Positions 23,484 through 36,440 of a stretch of 64,000 nucleotides of DNA are shown piece after piece; within the stretch, counting starts at the first letter, position 1, and every line of letters starts with the position of its first letter. The position numbers and the translations under genes were made by a program. The stretch lies in the NCBI GenBank assembly GCA_964252035.1, contig OZ176201.1. One strand, 5' to 3'. The notes beneath the pieces are model-generated. The model did no database searches and was not told the origin of the DNA. It saw only the letters and a program-made list of their open reading frames with translations. This stretch comes from Podarcis erhardii. Taxonomy: Eukaryota.

Positions 23484-25616
23484 ATTAGCACCACACTTTT
23501 TGACCAGGAAAGTTTTTATCACATTGATCTTAAAATCGAGTATCTTTTTTGCTACCATTTTTCAGCCTTTATGATAGCATTGCATCTAAGATGCAAACAG
23601 TAATTTTGTTGATGTTGTCATCCAACTTAGAGTTAGTGCCCTGAATTCATATAAGGTTACTGTGAACATAAGGGTGGGTGGGGGTCGTTCTTCAGCCTAA
23701 TCTCTCATTGATGGTGCTGTGACTGTCTTTGAAAATAGACTGAACAGTTTCGGCTGTAGAGACTTGATTAAATCTCACTTGTCAAATAAATGTAATGAGC
23801 AATCTGACTCTGTTGCATATGAACGTATGCTTTGAAATGTCCTTTTTCCTCAACACATGGCCTCCTCCCACCACTCCTCTCATTCTCCTTCTTTTTATTT
23901 TTCTTTGTATGAGGACAGGATCACATAAGTGAATTTCTTCTTATAACAGTTCTAAATCTCCTTGATCTTCTAACTCAGACTTAAGAAAGCTGCGAACGTT
24001 CAATAACGTTTAAAAGATATTATCTGCCTTTGTGAGTGAGGAAGCGCAATCGTGGGAATACTTAAATATCCAACCTATAATTTAGGCTGACTGACACATT
24101 AAATCATAGCCTCCAACTGAACCGTTGCTCTTTAAGAAGCATTTTAGTCTCAGATGTAACGTAATTAATGGATGGTAGAAAAAGAACTATATTATTTTGT
24201 TTGGTTGCAACAGCAACAGTACATTTGGGAAATATTTACTGGATCACAAAGAAGATGGGGGGAAAATCAGTATTACCAGTTGCTTGCCAAAATCTTTAAC
24301 TTCTTGGCTACCGTCAGGTTAATTTTGGGGCATATAGATTGGAAATTCTGCTATACCATTAATCAGAGAAATAGATATGAACCAACCTGAAGAGCATCTG
24401 TATAAGAAACAAAGTTTCACAGTCAGTGGTGATCCCATATGTGCCATTCCAAGCAGGGGAATTTCTGTAATCTACCAAATTGTATCATAAATTCTCACAA
24501 ATGGAACACTAGCACTGTCAGGTCTTTTTTTAAAAGGGAAATAAGTCTTTAATATATAGTTATTTTTACAACACCCAAATAAATTTTCCATTAATGATGC
24601 TTCCTGTGATAGAACTCTGATCCCATGAGATTTTTATGCCTGCAATATGTCACTTGAAACCAAAACTGTTCCAAAGGTTGGATATTCTGTTGGAATATTC
24701 CAAAGGTTGGAATCTTGGCCCAAAATTTAGGAGACAATAGGAAGATCAGATAGCAGCAGGCTGATTCTACACTTGTGCAGTACCAGGAAGCTAGTGCGCC
24801 AGGACTTGCGCTGTTGAAATGTGGTTGTAACCCTCTGCAGTGGAAGCAACATCACAACAGCATTTGTAGAGATAAAAGCCAACATAGAAATGCAGGCAGC
24901 GATTCCAGCAACTGCTCACTGTATATACTCGTGGTCACTCACCAGTGATGCCCTCACATATTATCTGTATGGGGAAGGCATCAATTGGTTCACAGATATG
25001 GTACAAATGCCATATGTCAGTATCCTACCCAGAAAACACATGCAACTGAACAGACAGAATGAGAGACCTCGGCACATTTCCCATTGCAGACTGGGGGGTG
25101 TGCTAAGACAGTGACTGGTCAGGCAGCTGACTCCGGAGCTCCACAGATAACTTTGTTAAACCATTGCAGACAGTTATGGTGCAGTAAGTAGGAAAGAAGC
25201 CTCTGACAGCTTTGGCTTCAACTCCAGGGCTTCCCACATACAGTGATTCAAATCATCCACAAACTTAGTCTATAATTTACAGTCCCTTTGCAAGGGTAGG
25301 AAAGATAAAGATCATGCTGTTATTCACCAAGACTAATCCATGATCCAGGGGAGGAATACAAAGAGAGCCCATCAGGTCCCACTGCTGGAAAATTTTTCTC
25401 ATAAGGACATCTTTCAAACTATAAATGGGAGAAGTATTAAAACTGGGAAGTTTTAAATACGACACCCACTTTTTAAACAGGGCAGCCCCAATTTCATTTG
25501 GGCACAGCAACCCTTCAAGTAGCACCTACTCACATTGGTGTTCTCTGTTGCTCCTTGTCCTCCTTGCGCATACCAACCCCAGTCTTCCTAAATACACAAT
25601 TGTATTATTATTATCC

Positions 25617-25975
25617 ATATAATGAGAAGAACATCCTTCTTTGGTGTCACTTCTATAAGGTGTTGTAAGTCTTCATAGAATTGGTCAATTTCAGTTTCTT
25701 CAGCACCAGTAGTTGGTGCATAAACATGGATTACTGTGATGCTAAAAGGTCTGCCTTGGTTCGTGTCGAGATCATTCTATCATTTTTGAGATTGCATCCC
25801 AGTACAGCTTTCGCCACTCTTTTGTTGAGTATGAGGGCCACTCCATTTTTTTAACGGGATTCTTGCCCACAACATGAGTTTGACCAAACTGTGGGAGGCA
25901 GTGGAAGACAGGAGTGCCTAGCGTGCTCTGGTCCATGGGGTCATGAAGAGTCGGACATGACTAAACAACAACAAC
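25617..25975. mobile_element. BovB (RTE) insertion: inverted endonuclease fragment (25617-25871, minus) fused to the 3' tail (25872-25975, plus)
   Basis: Minus translation CGQES..KNGVALILNKRVAKAVLGCNLKNDRMIS..QGRPFSITVI.VYAPTTGAEETEIDQFYEDLQHLIEVTPKKDVLLII. Plus-strand tail GGGAGGCAGTGGAAGACAGG...GAGTCGGACATGACTAAACAACAAC. 13-bp TSD ATTATTATT(A/G)TCC. Confidence 0.9.
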
Positions 25976-27309
25976 ATTATTATTGTCCAGTCGGTCATTT
26001 ACACTTTCTTCATGTTTGAGCTGTTTGAGCTGCAGATGTAACCAGGCTTGATAACTTGACATATAATTAGCAGCCCTTTGAAACCCTCTTGGTAACATGA
26101 GGAATTGCATGGTAGGAAACTGACAAAAATCAGGAAACACTATAAATTACCCAGAGCATTGCAGAAATGTTTGTGTGGTGTTGATTTAACTGGCCACAAA
26201 TTTAAACCCACCCATTTAAACAAGAAGAGAGGTTTTCAACACTCCTCTATTTCATTCTCACTGTGCTTGACAATGACACCATAGAAATAGCAGCAAAAGT
26301 GTGAGTGTCATTGAACACTGTAAAACCTTCTCAGTGTATCAGCTGTGGAAACACCTATGTTAAACAATTTTGTATTATCTTGTAAAAAGTGCATTCAGTA
26401 GCCTTTAGACTTCCTTAACTTTTCTAAGGCAGCAGAATTTATTCAGCTGATCACTTTGGCTTCAGATGAGAACTTGTTTAAGTTTATGAAATGTGGAATA
26501 TGTTATTTGGGAACTGTGTGGATTACTAGAGCAAAATAAGCTGTTTTTCAGTTTATGCCAAGTGTGTTTGCAGAATCAGCTGAATAAGTGTAGTGTGTAT
26601 TGATTATTGTGATCGCTGCTGTCATCTATGAAAGAAAGATACTGCAGTCCTATAGATAAGATAATCGGTACTGAAATAAAACATTATGTATAAAACTAAT
26701 GGGACAGCACCATCCTGTATAGATCATAAGGATAAGTCTCACTACGAAGTATGTATAAAGCTTTTAGGACTCTTAGGTATGGGTAAATATCCTCTAATTC
26801 TACCTGCCACCTTTGCCCCTTTCATGCTTTGACACAGCTTGATAGACCAGTCCAAAACCTTCATGTTGAATACAAATCACTAAAAAGACTTGTGGCATCT
26901 TTCATGGACTAGAGCCAATGCAAACCACTTTTATTATATATTAAAGTGTGGGGTTTGTGAGAGAGGGAGAGAGAGTGAGGGGCAGGTGGAGGGCACACAG
27001 AGAGGTACTATTTAATTCTTCTGTTTGGGAGGATACTACCAATAACAAAAATTCTCTGAGTGGTTTACAAATGAAAACAAACAAGCAACAAAAATTCTAA
27101 CTGCAAATGAATATATATCTACTCTGATCAACCTCATTTAGAGTTGTTGGCATCTATCTACTAAAGAGACAATGGAGTGCACTTCCAGAGGTGAAATCAA
27201 ACTGCTGTGTTAGCTGAGGCAGTGTGTATGCAGGTTCTGAGGTGCTCAACGACAAGACCCTGTTCTCAGCCTCATGGATTTGGTCCAAAGAAAAGAAAAG
27301 TAATAGTTT

Positions 27310-27635
27310 TAGCAGCAGCTTGGCTGCAGGAGTTGCCAGAAGGAGGCATACAAGGCACCATCCAACTATCTTAAGGACTCCACTCTGGACTTGTATAGGG
27401 TTTACACCTTGGCCATTTCTTCTTCCTAAGATTTCCTGAAAGGCAGCAGAGTTTTAGGATAAGAGTTTTCCTTCTCCTAGATGGGCTATCTCTCCAGGTT
27501 GATGAGCCCCATCTGCCTCTCACTTCTCTACAAGGCCTGCAGGTTTGAGACCCATCCGCTACCCTCACCTGGTTTAGCCAGCCAGTCGAAGTCATTCCTG
27601 GAGGTTGACCGCTGTCACATGCTGACAGCTTCTAG
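27310..27635 (-). mobile_element. Probable RTE-clade LINE 5' region fragment (old)
   Basis: Minus strand carries GATGGGGCTCATCAACCTGG...GGAGAAGGAAAACTC, recalled from RTE 5' regions; not verified. Confidence 0.4.
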
Positions 27636-27936
27636 AAGTCACAGGTGAGAGCTGAGTGCAGGGTGGGGACCAAAGGCAGACTACCCTAGAAGGAGCATGA
27701 CGTGGTCCTACCCCTCCCTGACACCCATTCACTCATACATTGAGAGTGCTTTATAAAATGTATGGCACAAAGATACAAGTGTATCTTTCATGGCTACTGC
27801 TTACTTTGTCTGATGCATGGTGCAAGGCCAAACTAGAGGTGACACCTGTCATGTAGAGTGAACTATTTTAAACAAAAAAAAAGTAGACGAAGGTGGGGAA
27901 GCTAGATTAGAATGATAGTGTAAAAGAGAGGGGCTT

Positions 27937-28155
27937 TAAACATTAGGAGGAACTTCCTGACAGTGAGAGCTGTTCGACAGTGGAATTTGCTGCCAAGGAG
28001 GGTGGTGGAGTCTCCTTCTTTGGAGGTCTTTAAGCAGAGGCTTGACGACCATATGTCAGGAGTACTCTGATGGTGTTTCCTGCTTGGCAGGGGGTTGGAC
28101 TCGATGGCCCTTGTGGTCTCTTCCAACTCTATGATTCTATGATTCTATGATTCTA
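27937..28155 (+). mobile_element. Young CR1 LINE, 5'-truncated 3' end
   Basis: Encodes the [17 protein letters not shown]...VL C-terminus, ends in an (ATTCTATG)n tail, and is near-identical to 59622-59830. Confidence 0.95.
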
Positions 28156-28264
28156 ATGCTTTGTCCCTGCTGAATGTGAATCTGCCACCACATCCACTAT
28201 CCGCAATGGGAGGAAACCTCCATTGGTGTCAGGGCCAAGGACAAGAGCACTCTGCGCCCCTGCA

Positions 28265-28335
28265 ACTGGTATTCCTGGTATTCGGAAGCATACCTACTCT
28301 AGCCATGGAGACAGAGCATAGTCATCTGGCTTAGG
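28265..28335 (-). mobile_element. Old CR1 3'UTR fragment
   Basis: CTGGTATTCGGAAGCATAC...CCATGGAGACAGAGCATAG resembles an antisense squamate CR1 3'UTR. Confidence 0.4.
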
Positions 28336-30644
28336 TGACAACTGCTTTGCATGTCACCCACCTCTTCATATTGATATATATCCTAAGGCAGTGACCTGTT
28401 GTTGTTGTTTTTACATGACCTTTTATTCTGCATTATAACAAGGAGGAGTCAAGGATTCCTGGTTCTGACAAATCTCTTCCAACCCACTGCAGCTTCCGTT
28501 TCATAAACGGCCTTGCTTGGGTATCTGAGGTTGAAGTGTAATAAGAGGAAGTGGGCTTGGCCACCATTGAAGCCATTGGCGCATTTTGCAGGGAACAGTG
28601 GTTGTTAATGGTTAGTGTATAATTTGGTCCCCATATTTCAAATCAGTTTCTTCTTTTTTTGTGACTGAACGTCACCCGAAAATAGTACGTCAGTGAGATG
28701 GCTCAAGGGTAAATACTATGGTTAAGAGAAATAAAAACTCCAGAAATAGTTGTGAAAGAGAACTCAGTAAAATGTAGTTATGATATGTTAATCACCAGAG
28801 GTAGTGATTAAATTAGCCTGGCTTTTTAAAAGTCTGCCCCTTCTCCTATGCGATAGAGCTACAGAGAATTTTAGGGGAAGTTCACAATTTTCCATGCCAG
28901 TGTTAAATACAGAAGAGGGGAGAAAGCTGGGAAATCTCCACAGAACCTTCAACAACTATAGAAAGCGTTTGTCTAAAACAATGTTTCATGTGCTAAGAAA
29001 TTACTTTGCAAAACATTTTTAAAGGCAGCCTCTTCACTAAAGAAACTAAGAGCTGTATCAGAAGATAGGGTGATGCAGGATATTTGGTTCGCTTTGTGAC
29101 ACCAGCTTCCCATCATTATATTGCAGGTAATAGTTCTCTTCTTCACCTGTGTATTAAAAGAGGGAGATCTATGGAGGCTGTCAAGTACTCAGATATCACA
29201 TGCAAGGAAACCACACAAGGCCAGAGACAGCTATGTCAGTTATCATTAGGTATAATGCAAATATTCTCAGTGTGGATTTGTGCAGATGCATGTGTACACA
29301 TATTGATGAATATAATGTGTGAAGCAGCATAATTATTAGAGGAATATGACAGAAATAATAAGGTTGACAAGACGGAAATGCCACCAAAAATAAATAAATT
29401 AAATTGCCTCCATCAGGCAAAGCCTTTTAAAAACCTCTCTCTCTTTGCGTGTGTGTGTGTGTCTTCCCACTGCATGAGGCGGAATGCAAGTTGTTACACA
29501 ATCACATCTGCACCTCAGACCAAAGGGACTCAGCTTGGAAAAGGTTGATTTTTTTGTGTCAGTGCTCATTTAATCCTCTGTGGTTTTGCACTCATTGTTG
29601 AAGGGCAAAAAAGAGTGAGACATTTTATATCTTTCTATTTTCGGGAGATAGGAAATGCTAAAAGAGATGGGGAAATTGTGAAGGGTTTTTAGTGGCGCTT
29701 TCTCAAATATGTGATTTTAGTAGACAAACAGCAGTAACACTTGCAGCCTGATCCTAACCCCCGCTGTAGCTGTTATGGCACAAGCAGAGGCTTATGAAGC
29801 AACAGCTGCAAGTCGGATCTGTGGCGAGACAAACGTCTCTCAAAACATCTCTATCTGCCCTTTGCAGCATGTCACTGCCTGGGCACGTTTGTCTCCATAT
29901 GAGGTGAATGGCTCCATTCCTACAGCCCTTAAGTCGCTACTGAAGAAGTTGTGATGAAAAATCCTGCTTCAAAGGGCCCTGAAAGTTTGCAAGTGATGAA
30001 TGACTTTATTCAATTCCCTGTCCACTAATCTGACAACGGAAAGGGATCCTTCCTTCCATGCTAAATAAACTAAACTGGCTGAACTAGATATGAGGTTAAT
30101 TATGTGAATGCAGTTGATGTGCACATTTTTTGTTATGTTATTAGCAGCTTTTGGGAACTATTAGCAGCCCCAGGATGGTGGAGGTGGAGAGGGGAAATGG
30201 ATTCCTTTCCTAGCCACAGCCCTGAGAAAAATCACTTCTCTAGAGATTTTTTTAAAGGATTAATAGAGAAATTTAATTATGTTCACATGTAAAAGTGAAC
30301 CTAATCTGTTTTTCACTTTCCAGAGCAATGCTTGAACTGAAACACACATGCCCTTTAAAATTCACACTTTGCTGAATTTTGCAATGTAGTAGCATGTAGC
30401 GAAAATGCAATAGAGAAATTTATTATATTGGAAAAGTGATAACCTGAGAGAAACTGAAATTGGCATATTTGACCACCCCTAGCCTTTGTCCATACCTTTG
30501 GAAAAGCACAAATTGAGAGACGGTGACCATGTACTTGGGTGGGCTAGTTCATCATGACATTTACTAAGTTGGAATGCTTTTCAGTGGGACACCAACAGAG
30601 TGATAGGTGATTCCAAAGGGTTAAATAGCTCCCCCTCCTTCTCT

Positions 30645-30945
30645 TTATTTATTTCATTATTATTTAAAATATTTTATACCATTTATCATAAACTATCTCA
30701 AAGTGATTCACAATAATAAAATTCACTTAAAAATATATTAAAACAATAAATCCAGCTGCATTTACAAACATAAAAAGCAAGCTGACATCAATACTTAGAA
30801 AAGGCCTCAGAAAACAGTAAGTTCTCAGTAGGTACTGAAATAATTTCTCTGTAACACCTGACCTACTCTAGAAGGGAGGCCATTACACAGACTGGGCCCC
30901 GCAAGGAAAAAAGGTTGTCATCTTGGTCACTGTTCAGCAGTGGAA
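30645..30945 (-). mobile_element. Old L2 LINE 3' fragment
   Basis: Antisense (TTTA)n tail followed by typical antisense L2 3' sequence (GGGAGGCCATTACACAGACTGGGCCCC...). Confidence 0.5.
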
Positions 30946-31974
30946 TTGGCTTTTCACATCTTGGCATTTTTGTTCCATTATGGTAGCTATAATTTACACA
31001 TCAAGGGGGCATCTCTAATTTATTCTCCTTGCCACCATAAAGTGGGGAACTCTGTGACTGCAGTGGCTGTCCCTGCACAATACTCTAGGATTTTTGCCAA
31101 GCGCCTTTCCCTGAATACACTCTTTCCCTGCCCCCCTTTAATATTAAACAGAAGATGTTACTAAATATAACTGTGGCATATATCCTTGGGGAGAGACAAT
31201 TAGTAAATACTAAACATTTACTTCAACAATCTCATTTTGGGTCCCTTATTGAAACTGGTATGCTGAGTTTGGATTTAAAAAAAAAATTACTAATTTTCAT
31301 GGGACTGAATAAGCCAACATCCTGTTAATTAACCCCATCTGCTATAGTTACTTGCAAAGCTGTGGCAATCTGTTCACTAGAGATTCAAATACTGATAAAC
31401 AAGCTCCCTGTAGTAGAAGCACCTCAAGTGTCTTAGTCTTTAATACCCTCTGTCCAATATTATTATTCTGACTTACAATACCCATCAGTGTTCTTTTCTT
31501 GAACAGTTATGGAACTAAGAGCACAACTCTCATTCTCAGGAATCAGATGTTTCTTGAAAATTGTCACATCGATTTTTTTCAAATGTTTACTTAGCCTTCC
31601 CTCCTTCTTCCCTTTTCTTATTTCAGCCTTCTGCCTCCTGTTTCTTTAGTGGTTCATTTTCTTTGTCTTCTTTTGTCCACTCCCCACCCTGCTTTGCTTT
31701 TACTCTATTGCTCTTAATCACTCTTTTTGCATGCATTTCTTCAACATTCCTCTCTCAAGCCTGATTTATAATGGGTGTCTGTGGCTGAAGCTCTCACATA
31801 CATCAGTGTTCCTCATGTGCCTTGGCACATTTAAGTGCAGTCAATGGGTGTGTTGGCCCATTCATATTTACAAAAACATTGGACACGCATCCAAACCATT
31901 GGTCACTATTATTACACATGAATGAGCACTTTGAAAGTGTGTTTAAATGTGATCTGGTCTAGGTGGAATGATTA

Positions 31975-32214
31975 CAGTGGTACCTTGGTTTTCGAACGGC
32001 TTGGCTCCCCAACAAATCGGCTCCCAACGCCGCAAACAGGAAGTGAGTGTTAAGGTTTGCGAACTTTTTTTGGAAGCTGCACATCTGACACAGCTTCCAC
32101 TTGACTGCAGGAAGCTCCTGCAGCCAATCAGAAGCCATGCCTTGGTTTTCAAACTGTTTTGGGAGTCGAACAGACTCCTGGAACAGATGAAGTTTGAGAT
32201 CCAAGGTTCCACTG
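31975..32214. mobile_element. Tigger-like MITE
   Basis: TIRs CAGTGGTACCTTGG / CCAAGGTTCCACTG with TA TSDs (31973-74, 32215-16). Confidence 0.9.
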
Positions 32215-34577
32215 TATATGGATAAGATCCTTCCCGGGGACATACATTTTATATAACAGTGTAATTCCAACTATGCCTATTCAGAACTGAGTGCTGTTGA
32301 AGCCAATGAGGATTGTAGGCATATGTGCTGGAGAATCATAGGTCCCTTAGTGTTAAGGGCAGAGGTTCTGAGTCCTTCAATATGGCATTATTCCTGGGAT
32401 ATGCTCTACTTCACTGTTGTCTGTCATTTCCTCTTCCAGAAACCTGAAGTTCTGCCCTTCCTCAGCCATCCCCCCATAATCCCTCCATCAAAAATAAATT
32501 GATAGTTCAACATATTGGATCTTACATTACTGAGCAGGAATCTCTGCTTTTCCTCTTTAATTCTGTCATCTGCATCACACATGTGCTGGTAGTAATGAGG
32601 GGACTGGAAGAGCACCACCAACCCTAAATTAGCATACTTTTTATTCTAAATAAATTTGGTTCAAGGTAGTAGACAGGTGTGTCTACTAGTAGGCTGGCAT
32701 TTGTAGGCTGCACCTAGGTCTTTCATTCATGTGATGTGCAGCTGGCAAGCCAACTGCAAAGGGTTTAACTTTCCCACTTTCTTATTTTGACCACACAGCA
32801 AAATGATGAAGCCTTGACATGAGGAGGTTTCTCTGCTTCTTCTTGCTTATTAAAATAATTTCAACGGTTAACAACAATTATCTGAATTTGGCATCTAAAC
32901 CTTAGAAAGCAATTGTAGCATAAGTGAGCACATGGGTCAACAATTAAATGAGAGAAAGTAGATAGGTACTATAAGGTATTGGGATGCTGGGGAAGATGTT
33001 TTTATTCTGGGAGAGCAATTCTTCTCACTTCTCCTCTCCCATCCCCCTTTTATGTTGTGAGTAAATGATGATCTTGCCAACAGAGGCCAAAGATCATCTT
33101 GACTCTCCAGCTGGGTCATGCAAAAATGTGAGCTTTCTATACAAGAATCAGTGCCTTGAAACTTAAAAGTGTAAGTTAGCAACTGAAAAATGTTTCTCCC
33201 TCAAATGTGATTTGTTTGCTGATAGCAGGACAAATCTCTGATCATGGATCTTAGGTATCATTAGAACATAGCCTTCCTGCTACAAGAGTGTGTTTACTGA
33301 GCTGCAAAGATGAAAAGTTACTCATTATAGCCAATACTAAAAAGAAAAAGAAAAAAAGTTATTAGGGATCCAGACGCATTAAGATATACCAAAGTAAATT
33401 TGCCCCTGGATAAAATAGGAAGTCTGGGCAGTATCACATCAAATGTCTCCCATATATAAAAGAGAATGAAAGAGAGGGATTTCTTTTCTTCACAAATCAT
33501 AAGGGTCAGTCAATCTGCTACTCTGAACAGAAAGGTCTATTTTTATAGATATGTATCTTGCTCCCATATTTGAGGTGTAAATTAAATTCTATGGTGGCTG
33601 AACACTTTTAAGTTGCTTGGTGTGAGATTTTCTAAGGTTAACAATGACTGTATGTCTGTTATGGAGTGGACATTATATTTGTCCCAGTTTGTTGTAAAAG
33701 TTTCAAATGATATAGTAAGCACTTCAGCAGCAAAAGTCAGCCTACTTATATTGCTTTTCTTTATAGAGGTTTTCTTTCTTTCTACCCTCCTGAAGCACAG
33801 ACAGGAATCAGGACCATATGTCGAGAAAAGACCTTAAATTCTTAAAATCATAAATGTGTGTGTGTACACATGAGCATTGTCTCCTAACCAAAAAACCATT
33901 CCACTCCCTCCTACACTCATCCCATCAACATACTGGGTTCCAATCCTAACTTAATTTTGTTCTTTCTGAGATAAGAAAAATTGACTGTGCTCAGGAATAT
34001 AGAGTTCTTTAAAAATGTGAAACCAAAACCTAAGCCTAGGCTTGCAAATTCCAAACTGCTCTTGTGAGTTTAGTTACGTGATGGGCAATATGTGTTTCTG
34101 CATATTAAATTTCTACTTTTGATTTTCTATACATTAATATGTGCCCAGTGTATTCTTCTCATGCAAAGCATAGCAGTGTGGATCCATGTGCATGGCGCAT
34201 ATTTCATAGTTTAAGGTATAGAAATCAGAGCACACTTGAAATCCCAACAGGCAAAATCCAGCAAAGGCACTTCCATTTTTACAAGAAATTACTTTTAGTT
34301 TCATATCCTTCCTTTCTCTCCCCCTGCCAGATTGGTCTTAAATCTGTGCTCATACTAAAGAACCAGAATCTGGACCTTTTGCATCCTTGTTAACATGCAT
34401 GTTTATTTTATAGTCCTGTCAGGCATATCCATGAAAAAAGAAACCACATCATTCACCTCGAGTGAGTGTCATAGAAAGTTGGAAAGTAACAAACAACTTT
34501 CTCTTACCAGTTTTCCAGCACAGCTTTTCAGTTGACTAGAAATATCAAAATTCCAGTTAGCTCAGGTCTGTTGCAGA

Positions 34578-34810
34578 CTCACTGGCAGCGGAGCAGCCTT
34601 CAAGAGCCTTCTTGCTGCACCCTTCTGTTGGATAACATAACAAGCCTACTTCCAGAGCTAGTCTGCTGCACTCAGGTGCAGTGGAAAACATTATCCCTCT
34701 TGCAGTATGTAAAGGAGGTGCTACTTTGTCCGTGTTCACCTCAGGCCACACAATGTCTTGAGCTGGCCCAGATCATGTTTTGAGGAAAGAAGAAATAATG
34801 TATGATTTAA
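34578..34810. repeat. Unclassified interspersed repeat, copy A
   Basis: Shares colinear blocks with 41537-41771, e.g. TGAGCTGGCCCAGATCATGTTTTGAGGAAA and CATAACAAGCCTAC. Confidence 0.8.
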
Positions 34811-34823
34811 GATTTAGTCTTCT

Positions 34824-34933
34824 AGTTTGACCAAACTAGTTTGCGGGAGGCAGTGGAAGACAGGAGTGCCTGGCCTGCTCTGGTCCATGGCATCACGAAG
34901 AGTCGGACACAACTAAACGACTAAACAACAACA
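34824..34933 (+). mobile_element. BovB extreme 3' tail
   Basis: AGTTTGACCAAACT...GGGAGGCAGTGGAAGACAGGAGTGCCTGG...GAGTCGGACACAACTAAACGACTAAACAACAACA; approximate TSD AAGATT(T)A(G)TCTTC. Confidence 0.9.
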
Positions 34934-34939
34934 AAGATT

Positions 34940-35035
34940 ATCTTCCATAAACACTGTTTTAACAGTGAGTCCGTAAGTGACTCTGGAGGCCAATTCTGGA
35001 TCCACACGTCCTTATACAGTGGGGATATCGGTTTT
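34940..35035 (-). mobile_element. 3' end fragment of a second RTE-type LINE
   Basis: TTTAACAGTGAGTCCGTAAGTGACTCTGGAGGCCAATTCTGGATCCACACGTCC recalled as an antisense lacertid RTE 3' end; not verified. Confidence 0.45.
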
Positions 35036-36227
35036 TTAGCATGACTATATTTAGTACTAGTCATGCTAACTTGGAAGTAAACCCCCATTCAACTCCGTGG
35101 GACTACCTCTTTAGTTAACATACCTGCCACTGAGCATCAGCCCTTCCCCTGAGTCAGGATAGCAAAGCCATCTTCACAGAGCATCTTTCAAGTGTGTTGG
35201 TTTTCTTACAAAATAGTATTCCTTTGCAGTTATGTGTAGGTTCCCAAGTTGTGCCAAAATTGAACATCTGTAGAGTTACCCAAATAAATAAATATTTCAA
35301 ATGGGAGTCTCCAAGTTTCTGAGTCTAATAACTTTGTAACTTCTGTGAAAGAACTTCCAGTAGTCTTGAACTATATCAAAGAACTAAGAAAGTGATACAT
35401 AGCTCTGAGCCCAAACCTTGAGGGATTTATCTATCATTCATAACAATACAGAATAACATTTGAAGCTCCTGAGGAAATGGTTCTGCACTCAATAGTTTTT
35501 AACTCCATGCTCACATTCAGAAAACTTAGTTCTGGAGAAAAGTCATTATTTAGTGTTACTATTTTTTTTCTTCATTTAGGCCATATAAGTGCCAGGATTG
35601 TCATTATAGATGTCGGGAGAGGGAGAACCAGATTATAGCAAATTTTTTACTATAATTATGAAGTTTGATTAAAGGAAGAAAAACAAGAAACTGATTGAAG
35701 CCAAAGTTGATAGATTTGTCCATCCCTACAGATCAACTGTAAAATTTTGAGAAATGCTTATTTCCAGGACAGTTGTGGCAAAATGACTTCAGAAACCCAT
35801 TGAAGAGCTTAACTATCCAAAAAAACTAAGCTGTTATTTCTCAGCTAAAGCCTGCCCTACCTCTGACTATCTTATGTGACTATTTAGCCTTCATTTATCT
35901 ATTTTTGTCAGTTTGTATACAACCTGTCCACCTTTGCTTTATAGCATAAGAAATCTTTCAAGAATTTTTGTACATTGTGATAAAGACAGAATATTTTTAG
36001 TTTAAAAGAAGCCAACTGATAGGATGTGGTGAATTTTTTAAATATAAAAATATAGGTTTGTGTGGAAAGAGCTCAAGATAAATTTCTTTCGTACTTTCAG
36101 AACACTAGAGGTTTGGACTCATCCAATGAAAATGACAGAAAGTTCAAGACAAAAAGTAAAGTATTACTTCATGCAGAACAAAGTTAACTTAACATGAAGG
36201 TGCTATAATGACTACCAGCTAAGATGG

Positions 36228-36440
36228 AGGAGGTCCATAGCTCAGTAACAGAGCACAGTCCTGGGACCTTATCGTGGTTTTAAAAAATGATCAACTACAA
36301 CATGCTGGATAGACCCCTATTTCAATCCCAGCCATCTCCAGTTGGGATTGCAAGAAAATCCTGCTTGAATCTCTGGAGAGCCACTCTGTAGACAACCAGG
36401 GGTATATGAACCAAATAGTCTAACTAGCTGCAAGGCAGTA
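36228..36440 (+). mobile_element. Degenerate Squam2-like tRNA SINE
   Basis: CCATAGCTCAGTAACAGAGCA head, TTCAATCCCAGCCATCTCCAG, CTGGAGAGCCAC, and a CAAGGCAG tail; interrupted. Confidence 0.5.

Noticed and set aside
27902-28126. Near-identical minus-strand ORFs here and at 59530-59832 (…[21 protein letters not shown]…)
   Set aside because: Antisense translation of the CR1 3' end, not a duplicated gene.
35579-35660. PYKCQDCHYRC after an acceptor-like site, suggesting a C2H2 zinc-finger exon
   Set aside because: No His pair or conserved Phe/Leu at the expected spacing, and a stop follows shortly.
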